Source: Entomortierella parvispora E1425 (Eukaryota > Fungi > Mortierellomycota). Taken from it: DNA of 64,000 bases. Shown one piece after another: positions 39,708 through 54,959 of this stretch. The first letter of the stretch is position 1, and each line of letters opens with the position of its first letter. Made by a program: the position numbers and the translations under genes. The stretch lies in assembly GCA_020891255.1 (NCBI GenBank), contig BQFW01000001.1, positions 2,356,001-2,420,000 of the forward strand, given 5' to 3'. The notes beneath the pieces were generated by a model that made no database searches, was not told the origin of the DNA, and saw only the letters and a program-made list of their open reading frames with translations.

Positions 39708-39841
39708 AATTCATTCATCTCTCCACTCACAACCAAAAAAAGTATTACAGTCGTTTATTGTTATTTTGTCAAGTTCTCCTCTAAAATATGGCATGTCATT
39801 TGTGGTTGCTGTCGTTTCTGAAGGTGACTTTGACTCATCGC

Positions 39842-42538
39842 TCAAGTCGCCATTTGGGACCCTTTCTTGTAATGAGTATGACAATAGGGTTTACCATTTT
39901 CGACATAGTATGAAGTACTGTCGAATCCGATGTGACACACCTAGAATAAAATGAAGAGTAGATAATAGATGAGTCAATCGAAAAATAACCCCCCTCCCCC
40001 ACATATTGAGTGTGGCAGTTCGTTTTGATAACAAAAACATCCTTATTTCTTACCGAGCATCCAAAGCAGTCTCGGTGCCACTTTCCTTTGAGTGCGTTAA
40101 TGAAATCGCCTTGGATAGGATCCAGACATCCTGTACATTTTGGAGCAAAGAGTCGCAAGTAATCCTTTTCGCAGTAAGGAAAGTCCTCGTGGACCATGTA
40201 ACCATCTTCCTCGAAAGGATCACCACATTCCCGACAGAAGAAATGATCCGGATGCCAACTCTTTCCCAGTGCCGTCAAACATTCCTATTCGATCAAGTTG
40301 TGAGAAAGACCATATTTGTAAGAATCAAATAAGACAGCACTCCCTTTATATATCTTGCACAAACTTACATTTTCAATTGGGGCATTGCAATGGCCACATT
40401 TCGGACTAAACTTGTCATGGTAGTCTTGTGAACAGTAAGGTTGTCCGTCCTTGTGGAAGAACTGAGTGTTTTCCAAGTTGACGTCACAAACCGTGCAAAC
40501 AAAGTGATCCGAGTGCCATCGTTTTCCCATAGCAGTAATCATGGTGCCTACGATCGCCTTGTCGCAACTGGAGCATACATAGGTTGGGAGGACAATATGT
40601 CCAGATCCTTGTCCTGATGTCGGCCTCGCCGACTCTTCCGAAGGAGGTGGGGTGCCCGGGCCGGATGCCTGCTCTTCAGGAACGACAGTAGTTAAATCTT
40701 CCATTGCCTCATAATGAGCGTCTTCTGACTCAGACGTATCCTCCAATGAGATGTTTTTGGATTCCAAAGAAACTAAACCCGCCTCCATCTCTGCCCTGTC
40801 TTCGTCTGTAATGATGCACTTGCTGTCATGTTCAGCGTCATACAACGGAGAATCTCCCAGAATTGGAGGAAGCTCTTTGTCCATAATGGATTCCAGTGGG
40901 GCAATTTCTCCTGGCATTGAACTGTGTGGCGTTTCACTGTCATGTGAGGACTGAACATCAGTTAGCCGTTTTGTCTTTGGAAGGATTGCGCTAAGTGCCG
41001 TTGCACCTGTGCCTTTTGAGAGTGAATTTTTGCGAAGATGGTCCACTGCCTTGCGATTGGTCCATGAGCTCGTTGTTGCATTAACATTCGCGGAGGCAGG
41101 GCTCGTCGTGGAATTGTGAACTTTGCTACCTATGGTTACTGCCCCTGATCCTCCAGTCCCTGCCGCTGCTAAAGCATTGAATTTCGCAGAGTTCGCCCTG
41201 ACTGTTCCAGGTACCGGAGTCGTCCGAGAAGAACTAATCGTATGAGCTGAGGAGGCAGAATTGAGGCTGGCAGAAGATTTTACAGGGGAGGCTCCAACGC
41301 TGAAAACACTCGCGGAGGTCGGCCGTTGGGTAATAGCGCTTGCTGAAGTGGGTGGGGTGATAGACTTTCTCTTGAATTCCCTCGGAGGAGGCATGGGGAC
41401 TCGCTCGGAATCCGAGGGAGCAATACCCTGTGATGGAGTCTTCGGGGTAGACGTTTGAGACAAGCGTCCTGAGCTAGGAGAGTCAAAATGCTCGGCTCCA
41501 AGCTTGGTGGGAATATCTATCTTGGGAGGTACAGGAGGCCCAACGGGCTCGATGGGTGTGTGTGACCGAGACGGCGGCTTGGGCGGGTCGCGTGGTGGAG
41601 GCACAGGTGCCCAGTTATCATCCTCGTCATCCAAAGTCTCGATCTCTGCTTTGGAGGGCTTGATGATAGAGTACTTTGGAATCTCCATGACAGGTATAAC
41701 CCGAGGAGTAATAGTCATTGGCGGAGGATTTGGAGTTGGCGAAACTGGCGCTGGATGTTGTAAATGGACACTTGCCGTCGTAGGCGTAGGAAGGTATCCT
41801 AGAGCAACAGCTTGAGCGGCATGCTGTTGTCGAAGATATTCCTGCTGCTGGTATTGATTATACTGCTCATACTGCTGTTGTTGCTGCTGCTGGAGGTGAA
41901 GATACTGGTCCTGGCCAATGTGCCCAGAGTAAACCTGAGAGGGGGGGCCTTGAGTGTATCCTCCTGGGTGGTATCCTTGCGACGGCCAATTTTGAAACGA
42001 TCCTCCATTAAACGACGCCGGGTGTCCATTTACAGTACCGAAGGCTGCTGCGTGCTGGATTTCCTGTTGCAAAACTACGGGTGGTGAACAGTCGTCCGAT
42101 CCCATCGACTCCATCACCACAGGAACTTCACCCATGGACTCCAAGATTGGCGTAGGTGGTCTTGCATGGTTAGGAGCATGGCTGGGAGCAGGTGAAGCGT
42201 CAAACATGCTCAAGTCCCGTACAGCGTTCTCGAGTTTGGTCGATGTGGGCGTTACAGGTGAAGGAAGCTTTGGCGAAGGGGACACATCCTGGAAGATCCT
42301 GCGGCTGCTGGCTTTGAAGGTCGGAGGGCGTGGACCCGTTAACGTCGAGCGGGACCTTGTCGTTCCTGTTGTGCCCGCCCCTGACGCTCCAGGACCTGAT
42401 GGCTGCCCGCCTACCTTTTGGAGATATAGATCTGAGCAAAGGAGAGTTAGCGGAAATTGTTCCTCTGTCGTCGTCCATCGCGTTGGACACGCGTTTTGTC
42501 GGGCTCTTACTAAGTTGGTCCTTTGTAATATAGGACAT
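39842..42538 (-). CDS. PXL1: Paxillin-like protein with three C-terminal LIM domains
   Basis: Three CxxC...H..HF.C..C...YC LIM units. The first exon MSYITKDQL splices via a GTAAG...GCTAAC...CAG intron onto NLYLQKV; Pro/Ser-rich middle. Confidence 0.8.
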
Positions 42539-43046
42539 GTTGGATTAGATACAAGTGGGATAAAAAGGGACTTGGATGCAGACTGATTGTAGACTGAGTC
42601 TTGTCTGGTTGTTGAAGGGGCGACAACAACGGGTGTGCCCAGTTCAAGGAAGAGGGCGAACGGGACAAGCAAGGAAATAAGCGAGTGATTGAGAGAGGGA
42701 GAGGGGGGGGGGGGTGAGTGAGAAAGGGAATGAGGATGGGAATGGGGAATGGGGAATGGGATTGAGAAGAGAGGCATGGGCCGCATCGCATTCCTCCAGA
42801 AACAAAAGGCGGCCGTGGAGGGGAGCACAGTCATCCCTCCAGGGCGAGTCGGTCAGGGTGAGCCAGGCTTGGTCATCAATTCACCCTGCAGGTCATCCAC
42901 CTCGCTCCTATTCTTACCAAGAATAGGGGGCAACGTATATTCTCTCTTTCTCTCTTTCTCTCTCTCTTGCAAAGCTGTGCCTCTGCCTCTGCATGCCCCT
43001 GACATTGTAACGTTATTATTATTTTCTATGCTTTGGTTTTCAAAAT

Positions 43047-45632
43047 CTACTGCATTCCGAGCTCTTCCATCTCCAGTTGGTTTGACCCAGGCAGATACTC
43101 AGACTCGGAGAGTCCGATTTCCTGCATCAAACCGACCATATCGCCTGACCAGATCCTTGTCATCACAGCGCGGATCGTCTGCTTGGCATACATATCTACG
43201 GCCTCATCTCCCGTCATAGAGTCCACAATCTGTTGCAACAATGGTTTTGGTTTGGGGAACACTTTGACAACCACATTCTTGACCTCCATATCTGACGGCA
43301 ATTGACCGGCGTTCTTGTGGGCCTCCAAACCATAGGCTCCGGCCAGGGTGATGGCGGAATCCAATCCGCCCAACTTGTCCACAAGTCCAACCCTGATGGC
43401 CTCTTTACCGTTCATAACGCGACCTCCTGCGACCTCCTCGACTTGTTCCAAGGTCATCTTGCGGCCATCTGCTACACGCTTGATGAAATCAGTATATGTC
43501 GCATCGATCTGTCGTTTGTAACGGGTCAAGGCAGCTCCCTCGAGGTCATTCAAAACCGAGGTATCGGATGAGCCAGTGAAGAACTGTTCCACGCTGACGC
43601 CGATGAGCTTGAAAAATTCTGGCGTGAAATAGGGTCTAAGGGAAGCTACTCCAATGCTGCCGGTAACAGTGGTCGCTATCAATGGACAGAAAAAAGAGTA
43701 AAAGGTAAGTATCCAAGAGGCGTAGGTCTTTTCCCGCGAATATTGGACATGACTTTGGAGCTTACGTTGAGCAACAATAGCCTTGGCGTGAGTAGAGATA
43801 AAATATCCGCCACTTGCGGACGTGTTTCCAAAGCTCACAACAACAGGCTTCTTTTTCTCGTCTTGGCACCAACGGATTGCATCTCCAATTGTATCACTGG
43901 CGACAACATCTCCACCACCTGAATCAATTCGAAGGACGACTGCATCCACAGAAGGATCATTAGCAGCTTCGCGAATACCCTTGACGATAGTGTTGGCTCC
44001 AAAGTCGCCACCTCCCCTATGTAGATACGTAAAAGGTTGGGTGAATCACCGGTCTACATGCGTCCAGGATTGTCCTAGAACAGATCACTCGTTACCTTTT
44101 GATGCCTCCAATCAAATACACAAGGCCCACAACAAGACTTGGTTCGCCGGTATGTGCCAGTTTGTCTGTGTGCTCAGTGGCCTTGACACGCATGTAATGA
44201 GCAATACCAAGAGCTTTGTTCTTTTCAACCATCTTTCCGCAGTCCCTCTTGTACACGAGTCCGTCAACAAGGCCCTCTTCCTTTGCCTCTGAGCCCATGA
44301 ATGGTCCAATCTGGATAAGGTGGTTCAGTTTTTCAACAGGATCACTTCCCAAGACTTTTTGACGTGACTTTGCAATGTCGGAGAGGATCTGTGAGTTCAA
44401 GCCCTTGAGGAGATCAAACAAGTTTTGTTTCTGAGGAGGTGGGAGCTCTGTTTCCGTGAAAGGGCTGACCATACTCTTGTACTCTTTCCTAGCCTCCGCC
44501 CGAACTGTCAATCAGGTATGGGAATCTGTGTTAGACTATGTGTGATCCAGCTCTAGTCCACTCCTCAGGAATTTAGTTCAATTTACCCAAAATGCCAAAG
44601 CGGCCAAGCAGAGTCTTGAAGAAGGGGACAGTTGAGGACAGGCCGACAAGCGGAATACTTCCAGTTGGCTGCATATAGACCTTATCGAATGCTGAGGCGA
44701 GATAGTACTGGTTTTGGTTATCTGGATTAGCCACCGAACAAAGGGGTAAAAAGGCATCAGTGGTCTGTTTAGATAATAGCAGTAGATCGAAAGTCAGTTT
44801 CCATTTCATACCGAATGAGTCCGTATATGCAATTAATTGGACTTTATCTTCTCCTCCAAGAGCCTTCGCCTTGACTTCCTTGAACTCTTGGATAGCTGTT
44901 CTCAGCTCCTGAATCTGAGCAAGACCAAGCCCCTTTGTTTTTGCAGGAGAATTGCCAGTCGAGAAGTTGGCCACAATGCCTACGATCCTTGGATCCTGAC
45001 GAGCATGCTTCAAGGCAGTGACAATGTCGATCAGGGTGGATACTGGTGTAGGTGAAGTGCCTCCTGCGGCCTTGATGATCTTTTGAATGTTGCCTTTGTC
45101 TGTATCTGTTTCCACGATCGATCTGTTTGTTCAAGGGCAAAATAATGGAGAGACGATCAGGTCTATTGTCCTGGTGGGTGAAGTACAATCATTCTCAGTC
45201 TTGAGTGAGCTCTTACCCATCCGTTATTCTCCAATGAAGGATGGTATTGGGGTGAATTGTGTTTCTGATCTTTTGCTGGCGATAGTTGCTATAATTTCAA
45301 GATTTCCACATTAGTCGGCCGATATTTTCATAAAGAAATAGCCATCAAAGTCCGAGTCCAAGATAAAACACTTGCTAGTAAACATTGGCTCCGCTGTAGA
45401 TGAGAAAGACACCAAAGGCGATTTTTCCTCTATGGGACCAAGCTCGTGCGAACGGGTTTGGTTTCTTTTGCTGCTGCCAGTGGTGGCGCTCTTCCGCTGA
45501 ATGACCCTGCCAGTTTGACTGAGATCCCTGAGATGCGCCAGCTCCATGGCCTTGTCCTTGTCCTGGAGGTGGGGTGCCACTAGCGCCCTGTGACTGTGGC
45601 GGTGATGGCGGCGATGGCGGTTCTGTCGACAT
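43047..45632 (-). CDS. sppA: Protease IV / signal peptide peptidase SppA (S49, double-domain type)
   Basis: LAQIQELRTAI, YYLASAFDKVYMQPTG, EYKSMV (catalytic Lys region), VVLRIDSGGG, SASGGY (catalytic Ser), TGSIGV, GRVMNGKEA...GLVDKLGG. Confidence 0.88.
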
Positions 45633-46317
45633 GTCCTGGAATGAAGGCTACGAAACCTTGGACGCGATCTTCCTCCTTTTGTCCAGGGCCAGAAAAGGCC
45701 ATGGCCGCGGGTGGCTTGCGCGCACGTGACGAAATCTGAGTGGAGGTGGACACCGCAAGAACACAAATGAAGAGCGGGGGGGAAAAACAAGCTCTCGTTG
45801 CTGCTGCCACTGGCAAAATAAAAGGGGGACGGAAGGGGAGGGTGTGAACAATCCGATCTCCCAAGCAAATGTTGGACGACGAGAGTTGGAGCTTTCAGCC
45901 GGTGCAAGCGACAAGGCTCCACAGAGAGCGCGCGAGGGGTGTGACATGGCCTGCTCCCATTTGTCCAGAGCAGCAACTGCCTGCCAACCTTGAGAAAAAT
46001 ATGGTGGCGTTCTTCAATTGATTCCTGTGATAGAGTAGTTAAGATATACTCTGATACTCACTTTCCACTCCCACTCTCTCACCCAGCTGAGGTCTATCTA
46101 TTATCCTTCAATCTATATTCAGCAGGGCAACATTCAAGAGAGGTACTCCTCCACTCGCAACCCTACTCTGCAACGCGGCTTTGTTCTATTGCATTCTTGA
46201 TTCTTCCAATCGGATAAAGGTCTTCCTTTCTCTCCACTCTTTTCTCTCTCTTTTTTGTTTCTTCTCTTCTCATCATCATCATCCATCTCCCCTCCACATC
46301 CCCATCACATCATCACA

Positions 46318-47854
46318 ATGAAGTCAACTCTCTTGCTCGCCACCCTCGCCATCGCCGCCGTTGCCTCCGCCGCCGGCCAGACCTACCTCGAGGAGACCTT
46401 CTCTGACAGCGACTGGGAGGACGTAAGTATTCAAAAAGTCTTGCCTTTGAACATTCTCACACCCTTTCTTTCTTCAACACCGGCATCTATCAAAAGGCGC
46501 GTGTCGATGCCTGGCTGTCTTGCTTACCTGGCCTGCACCAATTCCTAGGCTATATTGTTGTTTTCTCAAACGCTGAGCACCTGTATTCGCATTGACATTC
46601 TTGTTCTCTCCCTACTTTGATTACTTTTTGTCATAGCGCTGGACGACCTCCAACTCCAGAGATGACCTCGGCCAGTTTGAGCTTTCCTCAGGTTCCTGGT
46701 ACGCCAACAAGGAGCACGCCAAGGGCTTGAAGACTTCCCAGGATCACCGCTTCTACCAGATCTCGACTCCCTTCTCGACCGTTGCTGACAACTCCAAGGA
46801 GGATTTGATTGTCCAGTACACTGTCAAGCAGGAGGTCAACCAGGAGTGCGGTGGTTCCTATGTCAAGTTGCTCCCTGAGGGCTATGATGGCAAGACCTTC
46901 AACGGAGACTCTGAATACGCCATCATGTTCGGTCCCGATGTCTGCGGTCCCACGAACCGTGTCCATGTCATCTTCAACTACAAGGGCAAGAACTACCTCA
47001 CCAAGAAGGAGTTCCCCTCCCCCAAGGACTCCAAGACTCACATTTTCCGCTTGACTGTCCACCCCGATCAGAAGTACTCTCTCCACATCGATGGTGAGAC
47101 CAAGGTCGACCACGTCTCCCTGGAGGAGCACTGGGACGTTTACCAGCCCCGCACCATTGCTGATCCCAACGAGACCAAGCCTGCCGATTGGGTCGATGCC
47201 AAGGAGATTGAGGATGTCACCCACGTCAAGCCCGAGAACTACGATTCCATCCCCCGTTACATTGCCGATCCCGAGGCCACTCAGCCTGAGGACTGGGATA
47301 CCGAGTCCGATGGCGACTGGGAGGCCCCTGAGATCGCCAACCCCGACTTTGAGGAGTGGACACCAAAGTTCATTCCCAACCCTGCCTACAAGGGTGAGTG
47401 GAAGGCGACTGAGATCCCCAACCCCGAGTTCAAGGAGGATCCCGAGCTGGCCCATTACAAGATTGGTGGTCTCGGTCTTGATCTCTGGCAGGTTAAGAGC
47501 GGCTCCATCTTTGATGACATTATCGTTACCTCGGATGTCGATGTCGCTGATAAGTACTTGGACCAGTGGAAGACCAACTTTGAGAAGGAGAAGGAGGTCG
47601 TCGCAGCTCTTGATGCCCAGGCCACCAAGTTGAAGGAGGAGGAGGAGGCCAAGAAGAAGGCTGAAGAGGAGGCCGCCGCCGTGAAGGAGGAGGAGCAGAA
47701 GTCTGAGAAGGATGAGCTCGATGAGGATGACGAGGAGGAGGTCGCCAAGGAGAAGGCAGCTGAGACCGAGGCCCCTGCTGCTGTCGAGGTTGAGGAGGAG
47801 GTCAAGGAGACCAAGGAACAGGTCAAGGAGGAGACCAAGCACGACGAATTGTAA
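46318..47854 (+). CDS. CRT: Calreticulin
   Basis: Signal peptide, YLEETF, QYTVKQEVNQECGGSYVKL, IMFGPDVCG, P-domain repeats (KPADW, PEDWD, GDWEAP), GLDLWQVKSG, acidic tail, C-terminal HDEL, no transmembrane segment. Confidence 0.93.
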
Positions 47855-48263
47855 AATAATATTGCCAAATCAACTGAACAAAACCTATCTACAAGAAACC
47901 CTTTTCCTTGTTCGATTAGAACAGCCAATAAATAATGATATCCAAAGGGAATACTCTTTTTTTTGTTGACTTGACGATGTGCAAGAGCCATCATACTTAA
48001 ACAGGGGAAAGAAGTCTTTCACAATAAGAACTCAATTGCTCGTGGAAGGAACCAGGGCGTCAAGGGCGCGCAATGAAATTGAGCATTGCGGAGGAACCAG
48101 CAGATAGAACAGACGCGACAACGTGGCCCTAGATCAGATCTTTCACGGATGCAACAAGGACTTGCACTGGCCTATAGCACTACAGAGAATTACGGAGAGG
48201 CGGTGAGCATCCGATTACCTTCCTTGTTCCTTTGGCACAGACAGAAACTCTTGTGCAAGACAT

Positions 48264-48309
48264 GATACCCTCGGAGCAGTGCCAGGACGTGGATACCCTC
48301 GGAGCAGTG
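48264..48309. repeat. 18-bp direct repeat, 2 copies, period 28 (GATACCCTCGGAGCAGTG)
   Basis: Copies at 48264-48281 and 48292-48309. Confidence 0.9.
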
Positions 48310-48844
48310 GATCGCGCACGTGCGGTGCGGTGATGATGAAGAAGGCTGCAGATCTGGCAGGCAGTCACTCAGGGCCCTGGCCGATGGTTGATATGAATGC
48401 ATCCGAGAGGATGACAGAGTGGGTGAGCCAGGAGCACAGAGGATGGAGATGAGACTCCAGAGGCAGTGTCTATAGCAGGGGGTCACCATGGAGACGGACG
48501 TGGCTGAAAACTTCTTGACGCCCAAGGCGGACCTCTGTTTCACGAAGGGAGAGTTGATGGAAGACAACCCCTCCCCTTTTTGGCTCCTGTCATCATCATC
48601 CTCTTCCTCTTCATCCACTTCTGTCCTCTCATCCTTCAGATTCAAGACAAGTCAGGTCCAGCATCCGTCGATTGGCCCATCTCATCAACCCACTCTCTGC
48701 ATCCCCCGACGAAAGAAGCGCGCCTGGTCTGTCAGGAGTGCCATCCATCACAAGAGGAAGACTCCACGGCTTTAACAAGGCCTCCATTGGCCAAAGCTCC
48801 CCCAAAGCCTCTACGGGCCTATCGTCAAATTCTTCATTGACAAC

Positions 48845-51586
<2,742 letters not shown>

Positions 51587-51752
51587 ATGCCCATTGGCTT
51601 CGGACGTGTTGTTGCATCATTAGAAACTACCTTACATAAATGCAAAACATTATTTTTTTTCAAGTTTGGAGAGTAGAGCTTCTGTTTGCGTTTGCTGCTG
51701 CCGCAGCCATGAACGATCATGGGAAACTGGAGTCAAGTTCAGAAATAATTGT

Positions 51753-53777
51753 TTATTCTTCAATGGAATCGGACTGGGGAAGACTTGACTGAATGACGGC
51801 GCCGCCAAGACACTCATCGTCATCATACAGCACGATTTGCTGAGGGAAAAAAAAGAAAAAAAGAATGAACACGTCAGCACAACACTTTGAAGAGGGGCAA
51901 TAAATAAGCACTTCTGTCGCACCTGGCCTGGCGCAATGGCCCTTTGAGGATCTCTGAATGTCACTCGATAAAATGGTCCTACAGTGCTATTGTTGTTTCC
52001 GTCGACCACCTCGACTGTGCATTGCTCTATGGGAATGTCAGTTAATCATTAGTGCCCCAGCCTACAGCAGTTGACATCCAAAAACGAGAGAATAAGAGTA
52101 AAAAAAAGAACATACGAGGCACTTGACGGTGGCGGATTTGTGCTGTGAATGGGAACTCTTTGGATGCCCCGGGATTTTCCCCGCGTGGATAGCGATTCAG
52201 AATGCTCTTTGGTGGTTCTCCAGAAATCCAATGCCATGACTCTGCGATTAAAGCAGACGAGAACAGTCGTTTGTTTTGGCTAGTTCAAATGAAAGAGTCA
52301 TCAGCTGCCTGGTTCAGACCAAAACAAAGCTAGCTAATTCACTCGGACAAACATTCTTACCTTCCGTCAACCACAATTAATGTATTGGACGGGTAGTCAG
52401 CTCTAAGTACAACCCACCTACAAGATGCAGACTGTTAGTTATGAGTGTCCTTGAGTAGAGAATACACCTCATTATAGCTCATTACAGGAAACAGCCGAAT
52501 TCTTACTTTTGAGGACCATTTGCCACCCCCGAGGCCTGTCCAACGGTGTACTGGAATAATCCCTTGTGATTTCCAAGTACGGGTCCATCCAGTCCATTTG
52601 CTTTAACAACGCCGGGCTTTCCATCGAGGTATTCTCTCAAGAAGTCGCCAAATCTCTTTCGCTGTCCAACGAAGCAGATTCCCATTGACTCTTTCTTTTT
52701 CGCAGCCACAACAAGCTGCTGAGTTCCGGCTGTCAGAGCCATCCTCTTCACAGTCGGCTTGTCGTACTGGGCCAGTGGAAAGAGGACATTTCGAAGGACC
52801 CGTTCAGAAAGAGTTGACAGATAGTAAGTCTGATCCTTGTTGCTATCCGCAGCTCTCAACAGACGGGCTCGACCCGTCACCGGGTCACGTTCCACTCTTG
52901 CATAATGTCCGGTTGCCAAAAAATCCCAGCCTTTGGATTCTAAGGACGAGGGGACCATCGATCCGTCAGCCTCGGCATGCTGTCTCAAGCCCTGGCGGTC
53001 CTTGCCCAGTCCTCCGTTCCGATCGCACCACTCAATCAGTTCTCCAAACTTGATCTCTTTGTTACAAGTAACGTCTGGGTTTGGGGTTCGGCCTCGTTCA
53101 TACTCTTGCAACATCACCTCAAAGACCTGATTCCAGTACTGTCGTGAGAAATCCAGCCGGCGAGCAGGGATACCCAGCTGTTCACACACTGCTTGGACGT
53201 CCGCCCAATCCCGATCAGAGGTGCATACCTTGGGTCGAATACGGGCCGTTCTTTCCAGAACATTCGATGACTGTGTGGACTCACTGGAAGAGGAAGATTG
53301 AGCGGATTCTTTCAGGAATCGAGTGTTGTTGGGGTATACCGCTCCTGAGGCTAGCTCGTCCTGGGTTTCTTCCTGGTGGTTCCAGTTGTGCATGTAGAGT
53401 CCAGTAACGTCGTATCCTTGTTGGCAGAGAATGTGGGCGCACATGGATGAATCGACTCCTCCTGACATCAGTAAAAGAACCTTTTCCTTTGGCTTGTTAT
53501 CATCCTGAGATAATGGCGTCGATTCCGACGACAAAATTGTTGTGGTAGCAGTAGTAGCTCCTGACGAAGAGTATGATCGAGTTGGTCCAGCGGTAAGAGA
53601 CCACTGGTCCCGACGGAAAGGAAATTGACAAGGCCTGGTGAGGCCTGGCTGTGAACTGCTTCTAGAGGAAAGCTGTCGCAGAGCAAGAATCCTTGGCGGG
53701 CATCGACGCTGGCGGACAAATTGCCGGAAAACGATGAGAAAATGAGATCCGGTACTAACTCCAGAGGGAATGGCCAT
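51753..53777 (-). CDS. SLM3: Mitochondrial tRNA 2-thiouridylase (MnmA/Slm3/TRMU)
   Basis: LMSGGVDSS, TPNPDVTCNKEIKFG, ATGHYA, KDQTYYL, KESMGICFVG, AQIRHRQ, AIAPGQ, CLGGAVI. Confidence 0.93.
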
Positions 53778-53999
53778 GGTTAGTCCTAATGTGGCAGCGG
53801 CGATGCGATTGGATTCGACGAATTCAAGAGAAAATAATGGTGAATCCCGATTCCTTTTGAGTTCTTTGGTCAGACCCGACGCCACCAATGTGGCTCTGAT
53901 CCAATGCAGTCACATTTTTCACAAAAAACATGCCCTTGATGCATCGAATCAGATTCAAGTTGTCCATTCCCTATTCTCCGCCACACCACCAGCACTACT

Positions 54000-54839
54000 A
54001 TGAGTGACATTGACGACGACGACTACACCCCCCAGCTCTCTGCCGCCACTTTGGCGGTCCTCCAGCAGCACATGAGGGAGCAGACTGAGCAGCAGGAGCG
54101 TTTCGAAAAGTTGCGCCAGCTGGCCGAAGAAAAGTTTGACGCCGTCAACGCCGAGGAGGTGGACGAGAAGATCACTATGGAATACTTCACAGAGGACTGG
54201 CAGATGAGTCAGTTCTGGTACGACGATGAGACAGCAGGCAAGCTCGCGTCCGAGATCTTTGAGCAGGCCTCGGAGAGCGATGTTGTCTGCTGTATTAGTT
54301 CGCCCACCGCCTATGTCACAGCCATGGTAGGAACATTGGACAAGAAAAAACATCAGAGCAACTATGAAGATTTAGTCCATTGAAGCTTCATCTCTAACTC
54401 CCCTCATGATTTTTCCCCAACAACGCAATTTCACTCGAATCAGGCTGATGACAGGGCAAAGGGTCGTAAGAACAACATGTTCCTGTTTGAGTTTGACACC
54501 CGTTTCGATGTCTATGGCCGTCAATTTATTCATTACGACTACAACAAGCCTACCGACTTTAGACTGGCCACGGAGCTCGAGGGAAAGGTTGATATGATCG
54601 TGGTCGACCCACCTTTCTTGAGCGAGGAGTGCTTGGAGAAGACCCTGGACACGGTCAAGTACCTGTTGAAGCCCAATGGCAAGTTGATCCTCTGCACGGG
54701 ATTGGTCATGGCGAAGCTTGCTACTACCCGTATGCCTGGCCTCAAGATCACCGATTTCCACCCCGGCCACCGAAATGGACTTTCGAACGACTTCAGATGC
54801 TATGCCAACTATGATTCCAAGCGCTGGACAAGACAATAA
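54000..54839 (+). CDS. EFM5: eEF1A lysine methyltransferase 1 (N6AMT2/Efm5)
   Basis: LSAATLAVLQ, EDWQMSQFWY, LFEFDTRF, DPPFLSEEC, HRNGLSNDFRCYANY. Confidence 0.92.
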
Positions 54840-54959
54840 ACATACCGCATTCTTCACATTTTTTTTTCAGTCGTAAGATCTTTTTGTTGAAGGATAGAAG
54901 AGAGTCATGGTAGAAAAGATGTAAGGGCTGATAGGCATTAAGCAGCAAGCGGCCAATGT

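Noticed and set aside
48488-48775. Upstream 95-aa ORF as the N-terminus of the Zn transporter
   Set aside because: In frame with the main ATG but separated by TAA; the composition is UTR-like and no intron bridging the stop is evident.
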